DNA of 60,516 bases, filler included, from Sphacelaria rigidula (Eukaryota): the NCBI GenBank assembly GCA_964200075.2. It is 3 parts of 3 records of this genome, joined end to end, with 100 filler letters (N's around TTAATTAATTAA, not from the genome) between each part and the next. Parts side by side here need not be neighbours in the genome. Positions count along the whole stretch, not along the records: positions 1 to 20,117 come from CAXNAA020000567.1; 2 more parts are not named here. The stretch is one strand, 5' to 3'. Numbering within the stretch: position 1 is the first letter of the stretch; each line of letters starts with the position of its first letter. Made by a program: the position numbers and the translations under genes. The notes under the pieces are model-generated. The model did no database searches and had not been told where the DNA came from. It saw only the letters and a list, made by a program, of their open reading frames with translations. This document shows positions 1 to 12,580 of this stretch, in pieces.

Positions 1-818
1 GGGGTAGGGACGGTGTCCCCGCTCCCAAGGCCTGCGTGCTCAATTGTTTAACTCATTAAGAAACAAAAAAATCCCCCCCCCCCCCCCCCCCCCCCCTCCT
101 CCTCCTCCTCCTCCTCCTCGGGTCTTTCCGCATTTTTACCCGGCCAGCCAACCAAGACAACATCAGCGAGCAAGGACACTTGGCAGCTCCAAGCGAAAAG
201 CAAAAACAACGAAAATGACGAAAACATATTGACAAACACAAAATCAAGGACGGCAAAGAGCAAAAATAGAAATATGAAGACAAGGAAGAATTAACATGAA
301 AAAACATCATGAAGCCAAACACAAAAAAACGCACGGACAAGAACAAAAAAATAACTGCTGACGTAGTTGCTTCGGGTGCCATCCGCGATGATGAATACCT
401 TTATAGAACCGCTAGACTCCAATGCCGAGCCTGACGTTTAAGGCTGTCTTCAACAGCATCTTGTCTCCCCCACAATGTCACACGGTAGCGGCGTCGTACA
501 GCGTGGATTTGGCGATTTGGGTGGTCACCGAGGTGAAGTTTTTCATGCGTTCAGCAAAGCACCTTCCTTCGGCAGCCCCCCGTCCTTGTGGTTCCACACA
601 ACCTTCGTAACTACCTCACCGAGTAGTCTCGCCCCGGTATTCCCAAGACGTTCAAAGCGTTTGACCGCTAGTGTGGCGGGTTTGAAGTCACCCTGATCGA
701 AGGACACGTGTCTCTGGCGGACGTAGCGCACTATTTTTTGTGCGCCTCGAAGGTTGCGGCTACAGAGACGTCGATGGTGGCGCCTTCCCTTTTTTCCCCC
801 CACGTCTGATTGCTCTCC

Positions 819-1117
819 TTCCTCGGGACGAGCCCGTTGTCTCAAGGGATCAATCACCTCATCTCTCACCCGGTACACGGCTCACATTTCGGTACCGTAT
901 CGCGGATTGCACTAGCACTCTCGTACCGCGTCGACTGTGGTCCAACAAACTCAGCCAAACATACTATTTTTTGCTACTCATATCCTCATGCTTTCACGAA
1001 CGGAAATCAGGTTTTTCCGAGAAACAAATCAAACGATAAGAAAACATTTGGCGGAAATGGAGAACCTGCGTTTTCCCCGCCCTTATGGTTTCACTTGCAT
1101 CATTGAGCCACCGGGGC
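819..1117 (-). mobile_element. tRNA-derived SINE-like element (family B), copy 1
   Basis: Minus strand begins GCCCCGGTGGCTCAATGA (A-box-like) with a degenerate B-box. Body aligns by eye with 53823-54092 and 59251-59460. Confidence 0.6.
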
Positions 1118-1340
1118 GTGGCTCCTGATCTACGGATGCCCTCCCGGCTAAGGGTTGGCGCGTGTCACGTCGATCAGGAGGTTGAAAACGTCCCTAACTT
1201 CTTCCGCGGGGATGACCATGTCTATCCGGTAGTCCCTGTCCGCCGTGAAGAGGTCTCCGTCTTCCACCGTCTTCTTCTTTCTCACCCGCTTGAAAAGCAC
1301 CGCGGGTGACGACCAGCGACTGGTCTGGGTTCATTTAGTT

Positions 1341-1416
1341 CAAGGGTCGGACAAAGAATGATTCGTCTGGAAATTACTTGGTTTTAGGATACTTGATTCG
1401 AATCGTACGAATCAAT
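1341..1416 (+). mobile_element. Terminus of a GATTC-rich element (CAAGGGTCGGA end); inverted copy at 56286-56360, related segments at about 1500-1570 and 57430-57511
   Basis: CAAGGGTCGGACAAAGAATGATTCGTCTGGAAATTACTTGGTTTTAG...TCGTACGAATCAAT is the approximate reverse complement of 56286-56360. Confidence 0.62.
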
Positions 1417-2764
1417 NNNNNNNNNNGTACACGCAGCCCAGACACGTGGAATGGCGCAAAAGTTGCGTGGATACCCCTTGGATCAGCGGACAACTTTTTT
1501 CTCCCTTTCGGGCAATCAGGCCGAATAAATAGTAGATTTGGCGATTCGTAGTCGTGATGATTCGTCTTAACCGTGATTTAGTTGCCTGCTCTATGGTATA
1601 TGTGCGCGTAGCGGGCGGTGACGTCCATCGCGCCGCATGATGCCTAACTTCAAGGGCGTGTCCGGTAGAGTATACCCTAAACCTTTACTCTACTCAACAC
1701 GCCTTTGAACATCTTGTTGCGAAGTACGGCTCGAGGCCGAAGAACCTAGGGCTCCGTGAGTGCAAATTCTGGTGGGGGCATTGTCCTGGAGCGGTCGTAT
1801 GGTTGCCCTCTTTTTGTCCCCAGCGCCCCGTTCTCCAACATGCTGCGGTATCAACTTTCACTTTCTGAGGCGTTTCGCCCCTACGAAAAGGGTCGCCCGG
1901 GTCAGGTCATCGACGAATCGGGGGCAAGCTATCCAGCTGCAAACGCGGGGCCGCTACGTTGGCTTTGCGAAGGAGGTGACTCACCTTGCCCTGCAGGCGG
2001 TAGAGATTAGCACCGGGCGCAGCATCATATCCTCAGAGTAGGTGGATATGTGGTGGTGGTAGCAGTCCGCCCGCATTGTGTCACCTGTGGTTGCACCCGA
2101 CCACTCCTGGTGTCAGTACCGCCGCTTGCTGCTCCGTGCTAACCCCGCCTTGATAGGCTGAAGCCCGGAGGGTCCTTTTCAACGAATGTACCATTGTCGT
2201 ATGGGAGAGGTTGGCTCTTATCCACTCCTCTCGCGAGCATGACGGATCTGTTATGATCCGCGGTAGTATGCTACGAACCTGCTCACAGCTGAGGCGAGGG
2301 TGCTCCCCTTCGGGGTTGCGCACTGCTGTCTACGGTTCGCCGTAGTGCTATGATGTTTTCCAACATCCATATTCTGCCGTGATCGATCCGAGTGTAGGTC
2401 ATTTCCGATAGGTCCGTGTTTATCGCGTGTTCCAAGAATCAGGCAATTTTCAAGGCCCTTGACTGTGTGCCCATCAGCATAGCCGCTTGTTCGTCGGGTA
2501 TTCGCACCAGGAGGCAAGCCAGGTCATCTACCGGTTCTCCTCGACGGCTGTGACTCCGTGTTTCTGGACGCACTCGTCCGACCCGATCGGCGTGCCGACC
2601 GGTACCTTTCCAAGAGGTATCCTGTGGATGGAAATTTAGGTGAAAGCGCGTTGCGCGAAGGTAGCCACATCAAAGCTGACGAGAGCTACTCTCCCGCACC
2701 TTTGTCTGGTCAGAATCCCCCCCCCCCACACGAAAAAAATGGTCCTACAACGCCTGATGTGTGG

Positions 2765-2905
2765 GTTCAGGCTGCATGAAGCGCCTCACATGGGCGACAT
2801 TGGCGAGAACGAACCAAGCGTGGAAACCCCCAGCTGTTCGTTGTGCTCGGCATTTTCCATTTCCATTTACGTCAAGATTTTGCCTCCCCAAACCAGGCTA
2901 TCGTA
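2765..2905 (+). repeat. Dispersed repeat, second copy at about 7370-7545
   Basis: TTCAGGCTGCATGAA...GCGACATTGGC.AGAACGA.CC.AGCGTGG...TTTTGCCTCCCCAA in both copies. Confidence 0.6.
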
Positions 2906-4524
2906 GAAAGTGTCAACTATTTTAGAATGTTCCCCCGTTTGACGGAGTCCAAGGCATTATTAACATTATTTTCGTGAGGTTGGGAGTCCAGCGTTGACCG
3001 AGAGTGAGCTCTGTTATTTGCTCAAACTTGACCGATTTTTCATTTTTTGTGCGCTTTTCTTTGCCTGTAACACTGGCGTGTGCTTACAGCTACACGTCGA
3101 TATCCTGCTAAGGAATATCGAAGGCTTCAGCGGTGAACTACTACAGGGTTCGGAGCGGCATCTCGAAACTGAAGCTCTTTCATTCATTCATCGACCGTTT
3201 CTCACTCTCAATCGTATCCTGGATTCTCAATATCACGAAAACACTGTCTAGTGCAGTCGAGAACAACCAGCCAGTGACCCACCAGGTGATGCAACTTCGT
3301 GCACATCCCCATAATACCTACCCCACCGAACGCCGCCACGCCGAACTAGCTTTCCAACGAAGTCATCGCCTCTAATACTGGTCTATACTCCTTCATCATC
3401 CCCGCCGGCAAAGTACGTAGCATGGGAATCCCACACAAAACGGATGACACTTCGCACCAACCGCAGTGAGCCCGCTCTGCAGAAACAGTGCCCAGAACTA
3501 CGGCGGTAGGATATCAGACTGCTCCCTTGTACGCCGCCAAAGGGGGTCAATGGTGGCGCAAACCATCGCACGTGGAAGCGTTCAATGGGCATAGGGAAAA
3601 CGAAATCTTCTTAGGTATATATGCGTAATACACACACATATATATATATATATGTACCCGAAATAAGACCAGGTAGCTCTAACTTGATACTTGTCGGCTA
3701 CTTGTACTGAGCCGTATTCGGTTGGTTTAGCAGGTATCACAAGATCTCACCCGGGTGGCCGCCACCGAGTGGCGACAGGTGAGTAGAGGATATCGCGACG
3801 ACATGACGGCAGTCGTCGTGCACACTTCTTGCTTGTCCGAGAGAGGACCAAGCATCAAACAGCCAACACGAGGTACGAGAGAAATGAACACATAGTGCGG
3901 CAGACACGTCATTTCATCGTAGGAAAGTGAGGGGAACCCAGTCCGTCCGAGCAATACACTCACGTTGTATACCCTCGACTACTATCCAGTAACATATTTC
4001 TAGACTCCAGAAGCGATATGCGACTGAGAAACGGGTAGATAAGCAGGCTAAGCCTTGTTGAGTTTTTGAAAAAAAAAAAAGGAAATTGATCCCCAAATAT
4101 GAGTTCAATGATTGGATTACTGTTTTATTATATATTTTTTCTTGTGTATTTCTCGGGTTTTGTTTCTTGTTGGAAAAACCAAGTAAGTGTGGGTCACTGT
4201 ATATTCATCTGCTGATTGATTGTGGTGATTGATCGTAGCATACTGCACTGATTGATCCACTACGAATTTCAGCCGCGGTCAACAAGACAGACATACCCAA
4301 GGTCAGCAGTCGGGTACACTTCCTATAGGACACTGAAGAGAGGGGGAACTGACGGAAGAAGAAGAACAGAGTAAACTGGGAACAGAAACATATGGAAAAG
4401 GAACAGGAAAGGAAAATATAAAAAAACGAAACGCCAGGCTAGGACCTGTTGCCAGTTTCGAGGAGGAAAGAAGCAAATGGCGAGCCCCTGCCGCATGGCT
4501 TTCAGGTAAGGATGTCGTACGTTC

Positions 4525-4890
4525 GCCCCGGTGGCTCAGTTGGTGAACGTCAAAACCTTCTGACGGCTGAGTCGTGGGTTCGAATCTCGGTGCAGTCACA
4601 CGAACTGGGATCTTTCCCTCACAATGCCCGACAGTGGAGAGCGACTATGTCGTGGGTACACAAAAATCGACTTCACGGTCGACGAGGGAAAGGGACTGCT
4701 GAATCCCTTTCGGGATATTAAAAAAAGAAGGCAAGCGCCGCAGAAGAAAGGTAGAGCACTACTGTAAAAGAAACAAAAAAATCATGTGTTGATCTTTCTC
4801 CTGTGTGACCCCGGCTGATGCACCCACATATTATACCAAATGGTGTAGACTGGCGTCCAGCATAGATGGGATGACAACACACGCACACAC
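4525..4890 (+). mobile_element. tRNA-derived SINE-like element (family A) with CA-rich tail
   Basis: Starts GCCCCGG, with A-box TGGCTCAGTTGG (4532-4543) and B-box GGTTCGAATCT (4577-4587). No complete cloverleaf. Body and tail segments recur at 4999-5132 and 40423-40650. Confidence 0.7.
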
Positions 4891-5085
4891 ACGAAGGTGA
4901 CCCAGAAAAGTACAGCATACTCCACGAAGTAGGTTGCGACTAAGCTGTTTGGGCAGGAATTCCATTCCACCATATCACTAAAAAAAACAAAAAATATGTC
5001 TTGATCTTCCTCCTGTGTGACCCTGGCTGATGCACCCACATATACCAAATGGTGTAGACTGGCGTCCTGAATAGATGGGATGACA

Positions 5086-5135
<50 letters not shown>

Positions 5136-5214
5136 GAAGGCAACCCAGAAAAGGACAGCATACGCCACGAAGTAGGTTGCGACTAAGCTGTTTGGGCAGG
5201 AATTTCATTTCACC
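4787..5214 (+). repeat. Tandem duplication of about 200 bp (SINE A tail plus flank) with (CA)n expanded in the second copy
   Basis: 4787-4971 and 4999-5214 share TTGATCTT..TCCTGTGTGACCC.GGCTGATGCACCCACATAT and CCACGAAGTAGGTTGCGACTAAGCTGTTTGGGCAGGAATT. Confidence 0.88.
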
Positions 5215-5458
5215 AGCTCTGCAAGAGTGAGATACAAGCACCGATACGGCATTGAGAAAAAAAGAAGAGGCTGAGAAGAGGCACAGAAGAAAAAAGAAGA
5301 GGAGGACAAGAGAGAAAGAGAGAAAGAGAGAAAGAGAAAGAGAGAAAGAGAAAGAGAAATGATGGGGAGGACAAAAGATGAGAAGATGAAGTCAGAGACA
5401 AGGCACAATATGCACGGGAGGGTCATGTCACGGTAGAGGACAAAAAAATACTTCTCAG

Positions 5459-5654
5459 GTTTGAAGTGTTAGGAGCCCTATATCTCGAGCGAAAACACGA
5501 CTTATGAAATACGTGAGAACACGCCACGATCAGCGTATCAATCAGCTAGGGATCTCGAATGGATGCTAAAACAGGAATGTCCCGACCCGTAATCTTGTGT
5601 AGCTTTTGACTTCATGAATCCCTCAATGAGTCCCTCAATGAATCCCTCAATGAG
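5459..5654 (+). repeat. Dispersed repeat, second copy at about 36095-36278; ends in three ATGA(A/G)TCCCTCA units
   Basis: Shared words AAAACACGACTT..GAAATA.GTGAGA.CACGCCA and GCTAGGGAT in the same order in both copies. Confidence 0.6.
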
Positions 5655-6299
5655 GCACACATGCGCCCAAATGTGCAACCCCTACCGTGGCTTTCCTCAG
5701 GAATGAAGCAAGGACCATCGATAGATAGCGTAATACGCGAAAGAAATGGGCCAACAGCCGATGGGAATAGAACAGAGCCATGTCAGTTTCCGCACTACCT
5801 CCGCCCCGCCGGTCACCCCTGGTGAGGGGGCAGAACCGGCTACTCTCTCCATCATTCCCATCTAGGATTTCTAGCGTGGTGATACTACTGTTGTACTGCC
5901 AGCGATGACGGCAGTCTTTTTGGCAGCTTTCTGCGCAAAAGTATTTTTCTTGTGGCACAGGTCCGACTGACGTGGGCTTTGACATCGCCGCGCGTCCTCG
6001 AACCCCGCCTTCAAGTTCTCGAACCTAAGGTGCCGTTCGCACATGTTAGTAGCGGCACTCGTTGACCTTCATACGTAGACGAACCATACCTTAGTTCTCC
6101 CTTGGGTGAGAAAGCCCTCAGGGCATTCAGGTTCTCTTGGAGGCGGTCTCCCCGATGTTCGAGAGGTTGGCCAGTCTCATTGGTCTCTGTGCCGCCAACC
6201 GTCCGAACATGATGCGCTTGTTGTTGTTCGTTTGTTACGCGAACCTTGGTATCAAGCAGCCTGTCACACTTCGAACGACTCTTTAGCCCTGTTGTTCGA

Positions 6300-7225
6300 C
6301 CCGTATAGGAGTCAACTCGGGAGACAACGAAGACTCGGAGTCGACGGAGTCGACTTGAGTTGAAAAGCGGCGACGACTCAGAGCCGACTCGTACGAGAAA
6401 TATGGGGAAACACAACGACGAGTCCGACTTGAGTCATACAAGTCAGAGGGGAGAATCGGTACAGTAGAGCTTCAGTGCGTGCAAGTCCCACGACTAAGAC
6501 TCGCAGTCGTAGGGGGCGTGAATGAAATGAAACACTCGTGTTGCATCAATAATACATGTATGTACACGAACTGTTTATTTAGCATAGATACAGTAGATTG
6601 ATTTATTGTTCGCTTGATTGGTCGTCTCACATGAAGCGATCCGCTACGAAGTCAGTCATAGTCATTATCCAAAAGACGGCCGTACCCAAGGCGTGGAAAA
6701 CGGAAACACGTGACATAATGGAAACCCTTCCCGTTCGAATGGGAAAGCAACACGACTAACAGCAGCAGCAGCAGCAGCAGCAGCAACTGCAATGACAACA
6801 AATTCAGCATGACATGAGAACGCAAAAACACGACGAAACCCGTACCAATTACTTCGTATAATGAGTCGACTCAGAATCGACCCATCATGCGACCCCATTT
6901 GGAATTGACTCGGTCGACAGATACGGCGCAATCTAAAAACGAGGGGCTTGAGTTCAACCGAATGAAGGACGAGTCAGAGTCGACTCATACGCTCTGATTC
7001 GGAAAATGAGGGACGACCCTGCCTTGACTCATACGCTCTGATTCGGAAAATGAGGGACGACCCTGCCTTGGCTCATACGCCTCAACTCGGGGAGTGACGA
7101 CTCAGACTCGACTCGTACGACTAGATTCGAAGAATGGCAACGATCTCACAGTCGACTCATATGAGTCAATCACCGAGGATCAATTCGACGACGACTTCGG
7201 CTCTCACGGCTTAGAGTCAGTCGTG
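6300..7225. repeat. GAGTC/GACTC-saturated region containing an exact 44-bp tandem duplication
   Basis: Many GAGTC, GACTC and GAGTCGACTC words at 6305-6505 and 6860-7225. GACTCATACGCTCTGATTCGGAAAATGAGGGACGACCCTGCCTT occurs at 6982-7025 and 7026-7069. Confidence 0.7.
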
Positions 7226-10200
7226 GCCATTGGACGTATTTTTGGTGAGCAGTAGGGCTCAGCATCTCCACGGCACAGCGTTGGAGTGATGCCGCGAGAG
7301 TCCACCTCCGAACAAAACACACAAAACTGTCGCGAAGAAAATGGTTGTACAGCGCATGCATGATACCTGGTTTCAGGCTGCATGAAATACATCATCATAT
7401 ATGGATGAGCGACATTGGCTAGAACGATCCCGAGCGTGGGAGTTCCCAACTGCTCGGTGAGCTCTGTTTTTTTTTGTCGATCTGATTTTCATGTCCATTT
7501 TGCCTCCCCAACCCGGCCACTTTTTTGTTTGGGGAGGCTATCGCGGCACCAGTGGTTGGTGCATCTTTGTATTTTTTTTATTATGTTGGGCTGCTTCTTC
7601 TGCACCCGTACATATTTCGGGATTCGTCGCACCATGTGTACGTAGAAATAGAGAGGCATGCATGTTACGCTCGTCTTCGAGGATACAATGGTGGTCCGTC
7701 GGCGCAGCGTATGTCGAAGGAGAAGAGGAGTTTGGGTGGGGAAATCTGGTGGTGTCAGACCATGAAAATGGCAGGTGATATATGTCTAGTGCTGAGACTT
7801 TTTCATATTTTTGTTGCGCGAATGGATTAAGCAGTGTTCATGACACCCGTCGTACAGGCCTTCCAACTCTCCTTCGACGTCGTCGTCCCCTCACTTTACC
7901 AGTTACATATAATACTTGATTGCCATTTTTGTATGTTGTACCCACTGCACACCTTCCACGTGGTATCGCGCGCGCACACACACGGAGATCGGCGATTTTT
8001 TCGTCAAGACGTCACAATAACCACTGCTGAGCCACCGATTTAGCGCTGATTGAGCAGCTCACTGCGGTTCTTATGACATCTGATCAAACGTCATCCCGGA
8101 TTTTGCTGTGATATCTTGACATACATTTCTTCTACCTTCTGGATGTCACCACGCGTGGTGCGGGTGGTCTTCCGACATATTATTATTATACTGCGTGCAT
8201 GCCCGCCATGTCGTCCGCTCTTAACATTATATATAGTATGTATCGAAGAAGCGAAATTTTGACACAACAGTATAGCAGTCCGGTATGCAACAACAGTAGT
8301 ACATTTCCCAAGGTACGCGTTCGCTCGTTCTGAGTCGCGGTATTAATTTGTTCTATATGCCCATGATGTGAGCCACGCGTGGTCTTGGAGAAACGAACGT
8401 TCTCTGTGCGTTTTTTTTTTCGCCACTCATTGGGCACCGCAGACCGTCTGGGTGCAGCGAAGAAGCTGACAGAAGGCTTGGCAGGGAATCTTAATGCTTT
8501 GATCGTCAGAGTGCGTCATGTGGGTCATACGCTTAATTTCCAAGTGAAGGCTGTAAATAATAGTGGTGGTGACCTACCGGATTTCGCACCCTTCCTGGCG
8601 GTCAGAGGGTTAATGGACAGCAACTACTAATGTAACAAGACCGTCCTTCCTTTTTCTATTATCATTTTAATGGTGACTAGTCTTCGAACTTGAGCAAAAG
8701 TAAGTCGGATCGTGATTTTTCGCGTATACCTATAGCCCCCGCACTTTTCTGCCCTCGACACAAGTCGGTATAGCCCCAAGGGATATCAACCGTCTTCCTC
8801 GGGGACCCGCGGCAGATACAGCATCCATCTCGCGCACGAGTCATCCTACGATAGCAGGGTGCGTGCGGGGTATATTGGGCCATTTCTGCCGCGGAATTTC
8901 ACTGATCGTTGAAAGCAATCATTGTTTGAATACACACTCATTCGTTCATACTGCTTGCCACCGTTTTCACCCAAATACAAGCGCACCGCGAGTGTGCTAT
9001 ATGTAGTCTGACCGCCCGCGAGCACCTGCTTCTTGGGTGGAATCAAACACCCCATATCGTCTACTCCCTCCCCCCCCCCCAAAAAAAAATCTCGTAGTAG
9101 GATATGTATGATACACGCCCTTCATACAGTTTATTCTTGAGAAATGGATTAGCACTCGCGCCGACCGCGTCAACTTTTCTCCCGGAATCATGTATTCACC
9201 TATATTTTTGAATACAACCAACTCGCAATCTTCACGTTTTTTGTTTTCGGACGACCGAAAGCAAGTGAGCGTGATAATATCGTTTGGGACTCGGAACCCA
9301 CAACTTTCGCACAAACAAGAAATAAAGTGGAATGGGCGCGTTGTCGGTGTGGTATACCAGTTTGACCACCATCACGCGGGACGAGGCGCTATGATATTTT
9401 GGGGATATATAAGTAATGGTTCGTTTGCATGCTCTGTGCTCCCCTTCCGAAGCACAAGTGAAACTTCACCGGTTGATCTGACTCCTGTGAGGGTGTGTGA
9501 GCCAAAACTTTCAAAAGAAGTGCGTCATAAATGCGTATGTATACGGATGTACGAACGATGTGTGCATGTAAAGTGCATGTAGCTCTGTGTGTGCGTTAAA
9601 ATATGTACGAAGAACAACAACAGTGCATGCACGTAGCAGTCAGTGGTCACTGCAGGGGCAGCGCTCATCATGAGCAACGATAATAATAGATAGACGGCGA
9701 CATACTATTGTTGTACAGGAAATATACATATTTTGTTACCCTAGCTGATAGAACGAGCGACCTTTGGCGGTTACGAGTACGAGGTCCAACATATCATTTA
9801 TCAAACGCATTTTTGACCTCAGTTCTTTCACCTAGAAAAATCTCGTTCCAATTTTTCAGGATCGCCCGCGAACGAAAAAATTGAGAATTATTTCTAAATC
9901 AATTATTTCAAATATTTTCACAAGATGAAAATTGACCGCAATCTTTAGAATGATATATATTTCGAGAATTATTGTCGAAACTATAGGCCAACGTCGATGT
10001 GTTCGTGTTTTATATTCACGCTATAGCCACCTACCTCACACACAACTTCACAACTTACTACACGTATATACGGGATCGCCCGTAAGCAATCCCCCCGCCT
10101 CGCGAACGCGATAGAGAACTGCCGGTGGGCCGGCGTTCCGCCAGGCATGGCGGTGGAGAGCGCCAACTTTGGGGATGTTTTATGCCCCCACGGGGACAGG

Positions 10201-11862
10201 GGCGAATAATATCGCCACTTTTCGGCCGACTGATTTTTTCCCCGTTTGTTCGTTCGCGCAGCTGGAGTGATAATGCGCGCGCGAACTCTCTGAGAAAAAT
10301 GCATATACATTTCTGCACTAGCCAGGCGTTACAGTAACTCCTATCGGAATAGTTCTGGATCGATTCAATTACCGCTAGCTGCGCGGGCCATTTGTTGAAT
10401 CGGCATTGCTTTCCTTGAAAAAGAAGTTCAGGAAATAGATGACCAACCCTGGCGGTCGAACTTCCGAAGAAGTAAGTTTATGACTGTGTGCGTTGTATAT
10501 ACCTCTGTAGGATGAGCACGATTGCGGACCAGCGTTTCTTTGCTTCCAGGATGCGCTGCTTCTCATCCTCGAACTTTCTGGACCGACTAGATGCGTGCTC
10601 ATTGGGTCACAGGAAACTATGAGTTGCGTATCGACGTTATGCATACGCGGAAGAAAACGCACGAGCACACAACCGCAACACAGCACATCAGGCGCTAATG
10701 CACCCATCAATCACATCGCACAACGGTTTTCCTCGACACATTGTGATGAATCAACCATCTTCATGTCTATGGTGGCGGAAACGGCTCTTTCTCCACTGCC
10801 GAAACAATAACAACCAACCGTTAGGAGCTCGGTGATATGCGGGTCAAATTGCGCAACTACTATACTGAAGTCCTCTCGTCGTGATGATGGTGTCTCGTCC
10901 ACTCCGCATGCACCACACAGCAAAATGCGATTTTTATCGCCCCCAACAAGGCACGATCGAGCGGGCTCCCCTTGTTCGCATATGGTTTTCTCACTACCGA
11001 CTGTATACTTTATGATAGTAGATAACCACCACTGTAAAATGTTCAAATGTTGCCAGTCACGCTTTAAGGCATTTTTTTCAGGGACGACAGGAGATGGATG
11101 CTAAAATCTCATGCAGTCATTGTGATGTATGTATGTTGTTGTGGTTCGCAACGTGCTTCGATTCAAAACGAGAGCCCAACCTTTAGTGGCCGCACGTCCA
11201 ACTCGGGGTTCCCGGTATATTTAACGGTAACATGCTGTCGAGAAACAATACCCCTTTGAGTGCGTATGCGTCTCTTGCAGTGAAGATCCGTCGAGCAGGC
11301 TTCGTGTTGTGTATAGTGGATCCGTGGATCGTTTACTCTCGTTTTTCATGGGGCGAGTTCTTCATTTCCATTCATGTACATGTGCAGTGTGGACCTGCAC
11401 ATTAAAATGCGAGAAACAGTTCAAGAACATAACGGGCGGGATAACATTCGAAGGCCACAACGGTAGAAAAGCAGGGAATACCGATCCAAATCGGCATATC
11501 CACTGTACTCTCAAACTATATATTCATTTCGAAGACCCACAATGGGTGATAGAAGAAACCAAGATCGTTTTCGTATCATCTCTCACGTTCGAAAGTTCGT
11601 ACGAGTATAATAATTTGAATATATCCCCAAAAATGAGCAAAAAAATCTACCGTTGTGTGTATATTGAAGAGCATATAGAATGACCACGATCCATCCACGC
11701 GTCACACTCGCGTTCCAACGACTATACAATCTTGTGAGGTAGGTTCCGTTCGCCGCGGCCATTCAACACATCATCGCGCAGCCCACCCCATCACACATCA
11801 TCCTCGTCTCCAAGCTCTACTCTAAAAGTATTGATCAGCTTTCCCTGGGCTCAATCAACAAG

Positions 11863-12529
11863 ATGGTGCACTCTGCAACAATGCTCGCGGCTGCGGGGCT
11901 TACGACGGTTGCAATCTTCCAGACGCTGCCAAGCGAAGTGGACGGGCACGCGTACCTCATGTCTCCAGTTTCCAGGAACTTTTACTACACGAATGTTTTT
12001 CAATCAGAGTGAGTTGACTCGTGTGTGTGTGTGAGAGGGCACAGGGTGTAGTAGTATCTACCGTTGACATCGAGTGCTCTGGTTCAGGTTGTGGTTGGAG
12101 TGTTGGTGTTCCAACAGTCGGTGTTCTCATGTGTTTTGTTAGGACGGTCCTCTCAGCTCCTCTCCGTGTAAATGTTTGCGTTTGTCAACTGTTTGGCCAC
12201 TACGAGGGTGGATCATCTAGGTTCTCGATCCATTTTTCGTGTGAAAATGACGCCGATAGGGCAGATGATTCACACACCAGCAGTCGACGGGTTAGAGCAG
12301 CATCGCCGTGCGGAAGAGGGATTTATTCTTGTTTGAAATGGCGATAGTGTGGGGAAAATACGTAACTCGTGTCCAGGGGTCTAGAGCAAGCAGGTCCGTG
12401 CGTCTTCATCAGTACTACTGGTTACCATTGAGCTGGAAGGGTTATACAAGGTTGTGCTTTTTGCCTCGACGCTCGTCTATTAGTACTTGGTAGCGGCAAA
12501 ACAGCACGTGCAAACGTGCGGGGCCACTT

Positions 12530-12580
<51 letters not shown>

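Noticed and set aside
44-382. Poly-Pro, poly-Gly and poly-Arg ORFs (also 49346-49956)
   Set aside because: Translations of C/G homopolymer and CCT runs, not genes.
1710-2700. GC-rich coding-like stretch (also 360-780), possible retroelement relic
   Set aside because: Frames are broken and I recognised no reverse transcriptase, integrase or endonuclease motif, so no call is supportable.
4525-4600. Possible tRNA gene
   Set aside because: A and B boxes are present, but there is no proper acceptor stem or anticodon arm and it continues into a dispersed repeat body; treated as a SINE head.
4782-5426. VCVCVC, THTHTH and SLSL ORFs (also 12442-12717 and 40467-40775)
   Set aside because: Translations of microsatellites.
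6982-7080. CRISPR-like direct repeats
   Set aside because: The copies are adjacent with no spacers, the context is eukaryotic and there are no cas genes.
8598-8613. AGAGGGTTAA piggyBac-like terminus
   Set aside because: No matching opposite end was found.
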